DNA of 64,000 bases from a virus. Numbering within the stretch: the stretch's first letter is position 1; the number at the start of each line of letters is the position of its first letter. The stretch is from positions 1-64,000 of IMG/VR virus record IMGVR_UViG_3300005366_000002; one strand, 5' to 3'. Both the position numbers and the translations under genes were made by a program. Of this stretch, positions 25,181 to 34,397 are shown in pieces. The notes under the pieces are model-generated. The model was given only the letters and a program-made list of their open reading frames with translations. It was not told the origin of the DNA and searched no databases.

Positions 25181-26445
25181 TGATCACCCCGCACGACCCC
25201 AACACCGAACGCGACACGATGCGCGTCGCCTACATGGGTCTCGAACGCATCGAGGCTCGCTACACCCACCAGCTCGAGGACTGGAACCGCGAGGAGTTCG
25301 AGAAGGACTCCTCGCTGGAGTTCATCCCGGTCTACGGCACGATGCCGCCCGCCGTCGAAGGCCAGATCGTCACGGGCTCCGTGCTCGACGCGCACGGGCG
25401 AACCCATTGGTCGATGACGCAGATGGCGAACCTGGTGGGCATGCTCCAGCGCAACGAGCTGGACGAGCATGACGTGATCTTCTTCGAGGACATGTTCACC
25501 CCTGGCATCGAGAGCCTGGCCTACATCTTCGACCAGACGCCTCCGTCGAAGCGTCCGCGCGTCTACGTGCGCTGCCTGGCCCAGACCATCGACCCGGACG
25601 ACTTCGTCCATCGCACCGGCATGTTCAAGTGGATGCGCCGGTTCGAGCAGATGGTCGCGTCTTTCGTGGACGGCATCATCTGCGCCTCACAGGAGATGGT
25701 GGCCCACCTGCACATCGCCGGCCTCCAGGACGTGCCCATCTTCGTCACGGGCCTGCCGTTCGGCAAGGCTGAAGTGCTCCGCCGCTTCGGTGGTGCTGAA
25801 CTCCTGCCGGCGTTCGACGACCGCGATCGTGCCGTCGCGTTTGCCGCACGGTTCGACGACGAGAAGCAGCCGGGCTTCTTCATGGACGTGATCGAAGAGG
25901 TGCGTGCCCTCGATCCGTCGATCAAGTTCCGCATCCTGACCGGCATGAAGACCCTGAAGTCCAACAGCCCGTCGAACATGATGCGGCTCAGGAAGGTCGG
26001 TGGCGTGCGCCCGCGGAACGTCGAGATCTACGAGGGGCTGACCAAGGAGCAATACTACGGCCACCTCAGCATGTGCCGTGTCCTCTTCAACTGCGCGCTC
26101 CAGGACTGGGTCTCGAACACGGTCAGCGAGGCCGACACGCTGGGCACGCAGACCCTGTACCCGGCCTACCGGTCCTTCCCCGAGGTGTTCGCCAACGATC
26201 CGTCGCATATGTACCTGCCCTGGTCGGTCAAGGACGCGGCGCACAAGCTGATCGCGCTGGTCAACCGCAAGCACCAGAAGCTCGGCCTCGTCTCGGACTA
26301 CCAGAACGAGTCGATCGGCAGGACCATCAGCGTGCTCAAGCACGGTCGCGACAGCGCCTACATGGTCACCGGCGGCACGACCCTCCACCAGAAGACGGAG
26401 TACCGTGAACTGGTCAGCCAACCCAACTTCGAGATCACGCGATGA
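25180..26445 (+). CDS. GT-B fold glycosyltransferase
   Basis: FAARFDDEKQP; LFNCALQDWVSNTVSEA donor-binding motif; YPAYRSFPE. Confidence 0.8.
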   Translation: MITPHDPNTERDTMRVAYMGLERIEARYTHQLEDWNREEFEKDSSLEFIPVYGTMPPAVEGQIVTGSVLDAHGRTHWSMTQMANLVGMLQRNELDEHDVIFFEDMFTPGIESLAYIFDQTPPSKRPRVYVRCLAQTIDPDDFVHRTGMFKWMRRFEQMVASFVDGIICASQEMVAHLHIAGLQDVPIFVTGLPFGKAEVLRRFGGAELLPAFDDRDRAVAFAARFDDEKQPGFFMDVIEEVRALDPSIKFRILTGMKTLKSNSPSNMMRLRKVGGVRPRNVEIYEGLTKEQYYGHLSMCRVLFNCALQDWVSNTVSEADTLGTQTLYPAYRSFPEVFANDPSHMYLPWSVKDAAHKLIALVNRKHQKLGLVSDYQNESIGRTISVLKHGRDSAYMVTGGTTLHQKTEYRELVSQPNFEITR

Positions 26446-27302
26446 ATCGCTCGCAAGTCATTCCCATCGGCGTCGTCCAGAACGTGGACCGCGTGGTCAC
26501 TGCCGCCTTCTTCGAGGAGGCCTACACGCTGTTCACGACGGGCATTCCGTTCCTGACCATCCAGGGCGAAGGGCCGTTCGCCGGTCGCCCTGCCTGGTTT
26601 GTCCGGCTCGCCGGCTGCAACTACGGCGACAAGGCCACGTCGGAGCGTGGGCCGGGCATGTGCGCGTTCTGCGACACGAACTTCAAGATCGACGAGGCCA
26701 CCAAGGTCAGCCCCGAAGACCTGCTGATGCAGATCCTCCTGCACCCTGCCTACGATGCTCGCCAGATCCTGGTCCTGACCGGCGGCGAGCCGACGTTGCA
26801 GAAGCGCATGCTCCTCGAGTTCATGCGGCTCGCCGCTCCCCACTTCGCGGCCATGCAGGTCGAGACCAACGGCACCCAGCCTGGCTTCTTCAAGGACGCC
26901 GAGAAGGAACCGAAGTACGGGACCGTCCTGATCAAGACGACCATCGTGGTCTCGCCGAAGGCCACGGAGATCACCGGCAACTACACGATGCCGTCGCTGA
27001 AGGTGCTCGACAACGACTTCCAGAGCACGGTGCTCAAGTTCCTGATCTCCGCCGAAGACCCGAAGTACAAGGGCATCCCACGGTGGGCTCTCGACCGCGC
27101 TATCCGCTCGCCTGGCTCGGTCTACGTGAGCCCGATCGCGGTCTACAAGAAGCCTTACGCTGGCGAGGTCAGCAGCGCCTGGGACCACGACCTGATCGAC
27201 GCGGCCAAGACGGCAGCCAACTACAACTACGCCGCGACCTACGCGGTGGCCCAGAGCCTGAAGCTCTCGATCCAACAACACCTCTTCTGCGCGATCGCGT
27301 AA
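26442..27302 (+). CDS. queE: 7-carboxy-7-deazaguanine synthase (radical SAM)
   Basis: [18 protein letters not shown]14CX2C, LTGGEP, VETNG, VSPK, LSIQQH. Confidence 0.93.
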   Translation: MNRSQVIPIGVVQNVDRVVTAAFFEEAYTLFTTGIPFLTIQGEGPFAGRPAWFVRLAGCNYGDKATSERGPGMCAFCDTNFKIDEATKVSPEDLLMQILLHPAYDARQILVLTGGEPTLQKRMLLEFMRLAAPHFAAMQVETNGTQPGFFKDAEKEPKYGTVLIKTTIVVSPKATEITGNYTMPSLKVLDNDFQSTVLKFLISAEDPKYKGIPRWALDRAIRSPGSVYVSPIAVYKKPYAGEVSSAWDHDLIDAAKTAANYNYAATYAVAQSLKLSIQQHLFCAIA

Positions 27303-27312
27303 GGAAACGTCC

Positions 27313-27981
27313 ATGGCACAAACCGACCACAAGCTGGGCATGCTGGTCCACCAGCACCTGATCAACAAGGGCGTCGAAACGCCCATCACCGGCCGCATCC
27401 TCAACGACAAGGGCGACAAGAAGGCGGCGATCGAGACCCACTTCAAGGCCATCATGGAGGTCCTTGGCCTCGACATGAGCGACGACTCGCTGCAGGACAC
27501 GCCGACCCGCGTCGCCAAGATGTACGTGGACGAGATCTTCTACGGCCTCGACTACGCGCAGTTCCCGAAGGCGACGGTCGTCGAGAACAAGATGAAGTAC
27601 AACGAGATGGTGATGGAGCGCAACGTCAGCGTCCAGTCGAACTGCGAGCACCACTTCGTGATCATCAGCGGCAAGGCCTTCGTCGCCTACATCCCGAAGA
27701 ACAAGGTGCTCGGCCTCTCGAAGATCAACCGCATCGTCGAGTTCTTCTCGAAGCGACCGCAGATCCAGGAACGCCTGACCGCCCAGATCTACCATGCGCT
27801 CCAATTCATTCTCGGCACCGACGACGTGGCGGTCGTCATCAAGGCCGAGCACTACTGCGTGAAGTCCCGCGGCGTCCGCGACGAGGACTCCGATACCGTC
27901 AGCTCGCACCTGGGCGGCGTGTTCGCCGAGAACATGGCGACGCGCGCCGAGTTCATGTCGTTCGTCAACGCACCGGCGTAA
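27313..27981 (+). CDS. folE: GTP cyclohydrolase I
   Basis: [39 protein letters not shown]. Confidence 0.97.
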   Translation: MAQTDHKLGMLVHQHLINKGVETPITGRILNDKGDKKAAIETHFKAIMEVLGLDMSDDSLQDTPTRVAKMYVDEIFYGLDYAQFPKATVVENKMKYNEMVMERNVSVQSNCEHHFVIISGKAFVAYIPKNKVLGLSKINRIVEFFSKRPQIQERLTAQIYHALQFILGTDDVAVVIKAEHYCVKSRGVRDEDSDTVSSHLGGVFAENMATRAEFMSFVNAPA

Positions 27982-27994
27982 GCCAGGAGAAACC

Positions 27995-28591
27995 ATGAGT
28001 GCCTACTCACTGTTGACGCCGGAGCAGCTCAAGGCGGTGCTGGCTCGCACGAGTCCGCACTCGTTCGCGTTCAACGTTCGCCGCCTCCACGCTCACGGTC
28101 AGCTTCACGTGGCGACCTTGCCGAGCCTCCAGGACGAGGGGCAACCTTCGTCCATCGCTCGCATGCACGACTTCAGGCGCTGGCTCGACGTCGAGGGCTA
28201 CCAGGGCGAAGACGTGCTGTTCAAGATGCGTATGCTCAGCCTCTGGCCTGGCAACGCGATCGGCTACGCCAAGCTCATGCGTGAGGCCCGTGCGGCCTAC
28301 ACGGCGACCGAACTCGAGGCACTGGCCGCGTTCGAGCGCCTGATGGAGACCGACGAAGAGGAGGCCCGCAAGGTCATCCTCGTAGATCTCGCACACTGGT
28401 TGGCAGACATGCTGATCGCCGTGCGCTCGGAGGCCATGAAGTACGGCCTCCCTCTCGAAGAGGTGGTGGAGGGCCTGATCGGCAGCCGCCTCGAACTGGT
28501 GGACGCGAAAGCGACCATCAAGTCCATCCTGTTCGGCCTGACTCCAAGCGAAGAACAGACCACCACACCTGACCCGAAGGATCCCCAATGA
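27995..28591 (+). CDS. Degenerate MazG/all-alpha NTP pyrophosphatase-like protein
   Basis: LVDLAHWLADM..SEAMKYGLPLEEV resembles the MazG-like C-terminal helices; acidic metal ligands are incomplete. Confidence 0.45.
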   Translation: MSAYSLLTPEQLKAVLARTSPHSFAFNVRRLHAHGQLHVATLPSLQDEGQPSSIARMHDFRRWLDVEGYQGEDVLFKMRMLSLWPGNAIGYAKLMREARAAYTATELEALAAFERLMETDEEEARKVILVDLAHWLADMLIAVRSEAMKYGLPLEEVVEGLIGSRLELVDAKATIKSILFGLTPSEEQTTTPDPKDPQ

Positions 28592-29517
28592 ACGCACCGA
28601 CGAAGATCAAGCTGGCCCTCTGCGTGGCCCTCGCCAACCTGCCGGCCGACTACAGAGCCATCTACGACGAGAACGGCTACGCAGCGCCGGGCGCCAACCC
28701 CGCGCTCCTCCCGATTCCCGACTCGTTCTTCGAGCTCAGTGGGACCTCCTTGCGCCTCGAAGACCGCGCGACCTGCGAGGAAGACCGGAGCCTCCGCCAG
28801 CTGATTCCCTACACGACCATCATCGACGCCGACTCGAAGATCTTCGTCTACTCCCGCGGTGGCGAGGGCGGCGAAGGCAAGCTGATCGGCAAGCTGTCCA
28901 TCGGCCTCGGTGGCCACGTCGACGAGCTGCCGAGAGCCGCCGAGTCGCTGCTCCAGCTGCTCCTCCGCGAAGGCAACCGCGAACTCGACGAAGAAGCGGG
29001 CCTCGGCCCCGAGCACCTGAACTTCACGCACCTGATCGCCGACACGGATCCCGTGGGCTGCGTCCACGCCGGCCTCCTCTCGATCCGCTACGTGACGGCT
29101 GCCGAGAAGGCGGCCCTCAAGCCGGAAGCCGGCTGCATCGAGAAGGGCGAGTGGCTGACGCTGCGCCAGCTGAGCGCGCCGGAGATCTTCGATCGCCTCG
29201 AAGGCTGGTCGAAGCTGGTCGTCACGCTGTTCATCGGCGGCGACCAGAAGATCGCGCACTCGTCGGTGTACGGCACCGTCGGCCAGGTGAAGTCGACGTC
29301 CGCCGAAGCGCAGGCCGAAAGCGACGCCATGCTGGCCCACGCGCAGGCCGTGATCGGCAAGACCGAGTCCGGCGCGGTTCTCCAAGGCTCGACCCATTCG
29401 TTCATGGGCCAACCGGCCGGCGCCGACGAAGATCCGGATCAACCGTCGGACCTCGACATCGACCCCACCGAAGGTCAAGTCGGTGCCGGTGCCGACCTGG
29501 AAGACGAAGGCATCTGA
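28588..29517 (+). CDS. Nudix-family phosphoesterase with acidic tail
   Basis: RQLIPY, LSIGLGGHVD, RELDEEAG Nudix box. Confidence 0.8.
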   Translation: MNAPTKIKLALCVALANLPADYRAIYDENGYAAPGANPALLPIPDSFFELSGTSLRLEDRATCEEDRSLRQLIPYTTIIDADSKIFVYSRGGEGGEGKLIGKLSIGLGGHVDELPRAAESLLQLLLREGNRELDEEAGLGPEHLNFTHLIADTDPVGCVHAGLLSIRYVTAAEKAALKPEAGCIEKGEWLTLRQLSAPEIFDRLEGWSKLVVTLFIGGDQKIAHSSVYGTVGQVKSTSAEAQAESDAMLAHAQAVIGKTESGAVLQGSTHSFMGQPAGADEDPDQPSDLDIDPTEGQVGAGADLEDEGI

Positions 29518-29519
29518 TC

Positions 29520-30092
29520 GTGGGCGGCCCTCGTAGGCTCCAATGCCCCAAGTGCCACGAGGTCACGAAGAACGGGCCTCGAAAGGGGCTCATTCGATCT
29601 CACCTGTGCACCAAGGGGCACTGGACCTACACCGAAGAGGGCCACCAGGTCTCGAAGGAGGCTTTCGATTGGGCCCTCGACATGAGTCCCAGAGCGAGAA
29701 GGAGAGGCCGCGTTCGCCGCTTCGAGTTCTTCCTGGGCCTCAGCGTAGGCATCAGGTTTGACGACAGGCCCTACGAGCCCAAGGAGTTCGTAGGGCCTCT
29801 GCTGCCTCAGCGACCTCTAACTCCGTGTCCTAGCCCTACATACGACCTGTTCTTCAAGGTCGAAGAGGCGTCCGAGACACGTCAGCAGAGGAAGGTCGCT
29901 GAGAAGGAAAAGCGTAAATACGAGAGAGCGCAGCGGAAGGCAGAAGCGATCGCCGCGCTCCCACAGAAGACCATGAAACCTTTGGACTTGCCCGTCGCGG
30001 TCTTGAAACGGCGAGCAGAGTCCAAGGAGAAACCAAAGCCGCACGACGTTCAGACGACCGCCGTGGGCCGCATCTATCGCATGAAAGGTTGA
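29520..30092 (+). CDS. Zinc-ribbon protein (paralogue of 21453-21896); start uncertain
   Basis: LQCPKC..G..R..CTKGHWTYT..FVGP. Confidence 0.55.
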   Translation: MGGPRRLQCPKCHEVTKNGPRKGLIRSHLCTKGHWTYTEEGHQVSKEAFDWALDMSPRARRRGRVRRFEFFLGLSVGIRFDDRPYEPKEFVGPLLPQRPLTPCPSPTYDLFFKVEEASETRQQRKVAEKEKRKYERAQRKAEAIAALPQKTMKPLDLPVAVLKRRAESKEKPKPHDVQTTAVGRIYRMKG

Positions 30093-30096
30093 TCCC

Positions 30097-30711
30097 ATGA
30101 TGCTCCTCGAGTTCCCCTTCAAGTCGACCAAGACCTACGAGGAGCAGTTCCCCGTGGCCTACCGCCAATGGCGTGCGGATAGCCATTGCAACGTGCTCCA
30201 CGGGTACGCTCTGAGCATCCACCTGGAGTTCGGCGCCGACTCGCTGGACGCCCGGAACTGGATCGTCGACTTCGGCTCGCTGAAGCCGCTGAAGGACCAG
30301 CTGTGCGACTGGTTCGACCACACCACGCTGGTCGCCCAAGACGATCCGCAACGCGAGTACCTGATCGGTCTCCGCGCGTTGAAGCTGGCGAAGATCACCG
30401 AGGTCGAACGCACCGGCTGCGAGGGCATCGCCGACTTCCTGTTCGAGCACCTCAACGGGGCCGACGGCTGGTTGAAAGACCATGGCTACTGGCCGCGCGT
30501 CGCCTGCACGAAGGTCGAGGTCCGCGAGACGAAATCGAACATGGCGATGCGGTGTCTGACCACTGCCGACGCGTATCGCTTGGGCTACTTCAAGTCCCCA
30601 CCTCCGGCAGATCCGGTTGGCATGTGGATGGCGGCGGCCGGCGAGTCCGTCAGGTTTCAGAACAAGGGCAACGACGATCCGGATCTGGCTGCCCAAGCCG
30701 AAAGGGTGTGA
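30097..30711 (+). CDS. queD: 6-carboxy-5,6,7,8-tetrahydropterin synthase
   Basis: SHCNVLHGY, WIVDFG, FDHT, GCE, EVRET. Confidence 0.9.
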   Translation: MMLLEFPFKSTKTYEEQFPVAYRQWRADSHCNVLHGYALSIHLEFGADSLDARNWIVDFGSLKPLKDQLCDWFDHTTLVAQDDPQREYLIGLRALKLAKITEVERTGCEGIADFLFEHLNGADGWLKDHGYWPRVACTKVEVRETKSNMAMRCLTTADAYRLGYFKSPPPADPVGMWMAAAGESVRFQNKGNDDPDLAAQAERV

Positions 30712-30712
30712 C

Positions 30713-30901
30713 ATGGAACTCGACAAAGAAACCAACGAGGACGACGAGAACTACAAGGAGCCTGTTCCCGGCGATCGACAACCCGTGGAGCCACCCGGAA
30801 GGCCTTACGACCGCGAGACTCACACGGATCCCGACGGCACGATCTGGATCTACATCAGCCGGTACAGCTCCTGGTTCTTGATCGACAACGAGAACACCTA
30901 A
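30713..30901 (+). CDS. Small acidic hypothetical protein
   Basis: Fills the gap between queD and the next gene. Confidence 0.5.
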   Translation: MELDKETNEDDENYKEPVPGDRQPVEPPGRPYDRETHTDPDGTIWIYISRYSSWFLIDNENT

Positions 30902-30912
30902 GGAGGACAGAC

Positions 30913-31995
30913 ATGGCACTCAACGTGAAGACCGCGCAGGAGCTGGTGAACAGCAACCTGATCGTCCGCCACTACGCGGGCTCCAGGTCCTACGGGACGG
31001 CACTACCGACCTCCGACACGGACATCCGCGGTGTGTTCATCGCAGAACCCGTGAACATCCGCACACCGTTCTTCCCCATCCGGGAAGCGAACCTGGCGGA
31101 CGAAGAGGACACCGTGCTCTACGAGCTGAACCAGTTCATGAAGCTCTGCACGGAATGCAATCCCAACGTCATCGAGACTCTGTGGGTCCGCGAGCAGGAC
31201 ATCACCGAGTCGACCGTCGGCTACCAGGTGCTGCGGAACGGGCGAGACAAGCTGCTGTCGAAGAAGATTGCGTTCACCACGTCGGGCTACGCGCTGTCGC
31301 AGCTGAAGCGGATCAAGGGCCACAACCGCTGGCTGACCAACCCGCAACCGGCGGAGTGTCCGCAGCAGAAGGACTACGTCTCGCTGGTCCACAACTTCAC
31401 GCCGAACAAGGTGCTGGCTCACGACTTCTACGAGCTGTTCATCAAGAGCCGTGAAGATCACCGGCTCGTCCCATTCGGCGGCAACATCTTCGGCATCTAC
31501 TGGGCGCCTGGGAAGAACTTGTTCGACAACAGTGGCACCTTGATCTCCGAGTTCGAAGAAGGCGAGGCCCACAAGTTGGGTACTCCGCTGATGCTGGTCC
31601 GCTTCCTCAAAGACCAGCACGAACAGCAGCACACGGTCTGGAAGAACTACTGGCAGTGGAAGCGTGAGCGGAACGTCGTGCGATCTGCGCTGGAGGAACA
31701 GCACGGGTACGACACGAAGCACGCGATGCACCTGGTGAGGCTGCTCCGTATGGGCGCCGAGGCACTCCAGACCGGGGAAGTCAACGTGTTCCGGCCTGAC
31801 CACGAAGAACTGCTGTCCATCAGGGCTGGTGCGTGGACCTACGAGCGCGTCGTCGAGTACGCTGTCGAGATGGACAACTGGATCCAGAACGAGCTCTACC
31901 AGAAGTCGGAGCTCCGCAAAGCACCTGACGTGAAGGCCGCTGCGGAGATGATGCTCCACGTGCAAGACCTCATGTGGGGTCTTCGCGGCGCCTAG
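30913..31995 (+). CDS. Pol-beta superfamily nucleotidyltransferase (RlaP/YcgL-like)
   Basis: GSRSYG..SDTDIRGVF, NPNVIETL, GYDTKHAMHLVRL. Confidence 0.85.
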   Translation: MALNVKTAQELVNSNLIVRHYAGSRSYGTALPTSDTDIRGVFIAEPVNIRTPFFPIREANLADEEDTVLYELNQFMKLCTECNPNVIETLWVREQDITESTVGYQVLRNGRDKLLSKKIAFTTSGYALSQLKRIKGHNRWLTNPQPAECPQQKDYVSLVHNFTPNKVLAHDFYELFIKSREDHRLVPFGGNIFGIYWAPGKNLFDNSGTLISEFEEGEAHKLGTPLMLVRFLKDQHEQQHTVWKNYWQWKRERNVVRSALEEQHGYDTKHAMHLVRLLRMGAEALQTGEVNVFRPDHEELLSIRAGAWTYERVVEYAVEMDNWIQNELYQKSELRKAPDVKAAAEMMLHVQDLMWGLRGA

Positions 31996-32026
31996 ATCGG
32001 AAAGGCCCCGTAGATCGGAAAGGCCC
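31993..32026. repeat. Direct repeat of TAGATCGGAAAGGCCC, 2 copies, 18-bp period
   Basis: Copies at 31993-32008 and 32011-32026; partial TAGATC at 32037. Confidence 0.85.
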
Positions 32027-32110
32027 GGAATTGGTGTAGATCTCCATTCCGCAGGTCCAGGGCAGCCAGATTTTAGGGGCCTCAACGGGACACCTATATA
32101 GGACGCACCA

Positions 32111-32446
32111 ATGGCATTTCACCAACTGAACACGGCTCACGATCACGAGCTGAAGTGCGATCCCGAGCCATTCAAGGATCTTGCCGAAGGCCTCAAGAGC
32201 TGCGAGATCCGCAAGGACGATCGCGGGTACTCCATAGGTCAGATCCTGTGGCTCCGGGAGACCAAGTACGACGCACAGACCCTGCGGGGTCTCCACCACT
32301 CCTTCGGATCGATCTACACCGGGCGCAACCTCTACATGAGGATCACCCACGTCCAGCGTGGCTACGGTCTCCAGGAGGGCCACTGCTGTCTCTCGGTCGT
32401 GCCTGTCGAGAAGATCGGCATCTGGATCCACGACTGCCGCCTGTGA
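32111..32446 (+). CDS. DUF3850/ASCH-like protein
   Basis: HELK..F..G.KSCEIRKDDRGY.IG..L.LRE. Confidence 0.8.
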   Translation: MAFHQLNTAHDHELKCDPEPFKDLAEGLKSCEIRKDDRGYSIGQILWLRETKYDAQTLRGLHHSFGSIYTGRNLYMRITHVQRGYGLQEGHCCLSVVPVEKIGIWIHDCRL

Positions 32447-32470
32447 CACCACAGACACCACAGACACCCA
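32445..32470. repeat. Short tandem repeat GACACCACA, about 3 copies
   Basis: gacaccaca gacaccaca gacaccca, intergenic. Confidence 0.8.
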
Positions 32471-32491
32471 AGTGAACTGAAAGGAGCCCAC

Positions 32492-32788
32492 ATGAGTGGA
32501 TTCAGAGAACCGCTGATCCTGACGATCAAGGAGAAGATGAAGGGTCGCTTCTCGCAGTTAGGGCCCGAAGCACGTGACCGCGTGCTGAACATGATGGGCG
32601 CCTTCCACATCCGGGACGGGACTGCCAACGAGAGTTCTCCCATGGGGCGCATCCGCATCACGCCAGGAGAGCTCAACGATCTGCTGGCGTTCGCACTGAC
32701 CTCCAACTCGACGACTTCGCTGGTGTCGGTCGTCGATGTGCGAACACCGGCCAACAAGACGCCACTGGAGAACCTGCGCGATGTTTGA
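32492..32788 (+). CDS. Hypothetical protein
   Basis: AAGGAG RBS. Confidence 0.65.
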   Translation: MSGFREPLILTIKEKMKGRFSQLGPEARDRVLNMMGAFHIRDGTANESSPMGRIRITPGELNDLLAFALTSNSTTSLVSVVDVRTPANKTPLENLRDV

Positions 32789-33239
32789 CACCGTCCACAG
32801 CCATCACCACACCCACCACGGACTTCCATCGTATCCCACCAAGGTTGACGTGACTATCAAGGAGCACCGTGCTCCCACCGACGAGTCCGTGAAGCTCCTC
32901 AAGGAGCTGGAGGACAAAGCGTTGTCGCGTATCCTCGGAACTCTCAAGTTGGAGTCCACGCCGTTCGACTGCCGCGTCTACCCGATGCTGAGCGTCCTGG
33001 GAGACGGCATCAAGTTCGTCGTGCTCTACAAGATCGGCGCTCTCGGTCCTTTCGGGCGCGCCTGGGACATGGACTCCATGCAGCGCCTGGAGCACGAGGT
33101 CTCCACCTGGGACAAGCCGAGCATGGACAAGATCGTCGAGTCGCTGCTCGACGCGCTCGCCAAGGACATCGCCAAGACGATGCTCCTGTCCGTCGCAGAA
33201 CCGCTGAGCCGCTCGCTGAGTGCCCTGCCCATCCGCTGA
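32781..33239 (+). CDS. Hypothetical protein
   Basis: EHRAPTDESVKLLKELE; start at ATG 32781. Confidence 0.65.
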   Translation: MFDTVHSHHHTHHGLPSYPTKVDVTIKEHRAPTDESVKLLKELEDKALSRILGTLKLESTPFDCRVYPMLSVLGDGIKFVVLYKIGALGPFGRAWDMDSMQRLEHEVSTWDKPSMDKIVESLLDALAKDIAKTMLLSVAEPLSRSLSALPIR

Positions 33240-33270
33240 TCCGCCCATTCCAAAACGAAGAGTACACCAC

Positions 33271-34128
33271 ATGAGAATCACTGCACGCATCGTCGCCGAC
33301 TCCGTGTCTGCCGTCACCGGAATCCGGTTGACCACCATGGAGCTCGAGTACCCGCGGTTCATCCACGCGGAGTTCATGACCCACCGGGTCTTCAGCCGCA
33401 ACGCCTCGTCGAGCCGGGCCATCCCGGTCAAGAAGCTGCTGGGCAAGGCGCTGGAAGACCCCGCCTTCTTCGTCCACATCGGCAAGAACCAGCCTGGCAT
33501 GCAGGCCAATGAGGAGGTCGATGCGACCACCAAGAGCATGTTCATGGAGGAGTGGGAAGAGCTGGCGCGGATTGCCGCCAAGTTCGCCACCCGCTGGGCC
33601 GACGAGTACGGGATCCACAAGCAGGTCGTGAACCGCGTGATGGAGCCCTGGCACCACATCAAGGTCCTGGTCACCGCCACCGAGTGGGACAACTTCTTCG
33701 AGCTGCGCAACCATCCGGACGCACAGCCGGAGATCCGTGTGCTGGCCATCGAGATGGCGAACGCGATGGCCTCGTCGGTGCCGCAGGTCCTCCAGATCAA
33801 CGAGTGGCACCTGCCCTACGTGGCCGCCGGCGACCGCCTGGAGCACAGCCTCGAGAAGTGCATCCAGTTCTCGGTGGCCCGCTCGGCTCGCACCTCCTAC
33901 TTCAACCACGACGGGACGAACCCCAACGTGGAGAACGACCTGAAGCTCTACACGCAGCTGGTCGGCGCCGTCCCACTCCACGCATCGCCGTCGGAGCACC
34001 AGGCGACGCCGAACGCCAACGCGGAGTTCGTCAAGAACTTCCGTGGCTGGACCCAGCACCGCGTGTTCCTGGAACGCGACCTCAGCTGGGACCGCCACCC
34101 TGCGGGTTCGACCACGAGCGGGAGCTGA
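33271..34128 (+). CDS. thyX: FAD-dependent thymidylate synthase
   Basis: YPRFIHAEFMTHRVFSRNASSSRAIP, HKQVVNR, AQPEI, HASPSEH. Confidence 0.9.
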   Translation: MRITARIVADSVSAVTGIRLTTMELEYPRFIHAEFMTHRVFSRNASSSRAIPVKKLLGKALEDPAFFVHIGKNQPGMQANEEVDATTKSMFMEEWEELARIAAKFATRWADEYGIHKQVVNRVMEPWHHIKVLVTATEWDNFFELRNHPDAQPEIRVLAIEMANAMASSVPQVLQINEWHLPYVAAGDRLEHSLEKCIQFSVARSARTSYFNHDGTNPNVENDLKLYTQLVGAVPLHASPSEHQATPNANAEFVKNFRGWTQHRVFLERDLSWDRHPAGSTTSGS

Positions 34129-34130
34129 CC

Positions 34131-34397
34131 ATGGGTAACAGCCGCATCAACAGGTCCTGCACGAAGCCCAGAGCGGTCATCAAGGAGCTCCCGCAGTTCG
34201 GCATGGGTCACCGCGAGGCGACCATCCAGCTCAAGCCGGGCGAGCGCGTGCTGATCATCCACGAAGACCTCATGTACCAGTTCGACGGCGATCCGCTCGA
34301 TGACGTGCTGTCCGGCGACGCTGTCCTGGGCCTCCATCGCGTCGCCTGGGACAACCTCGAGCAGAAGTGGATGGACGTCGGGGAGAAGCAACCATGA
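34131..34397 (+). CDS. Hypothetical protein
   Basis: GGAG RBS. Confidence 0.6.
   Translation: MGNSRINRSCTKPRAVIKELPQFGMGHREATIQLKPGERVLIIHEDLMYQFDGDPLDDVLSGDAVLGLHRVAWDNLEQKWMDVGEKQP

Noticed and set aside
26442-30711. Ordinary host-type queuosine or folate operon
   Set aside because: No queC, queF, queA or folate genes in the window; the context is phage, with a divergent transglycosylase and DpdL-like and GT genes. tRNA modification is not fully excluded.
31993-32470. Short repeats considered as a CRISPR mini-array
   Set aside because: Only two 16-bp copies 2 bp apart, plus a 9-bp microsatellite; no spacers and no cas genes.
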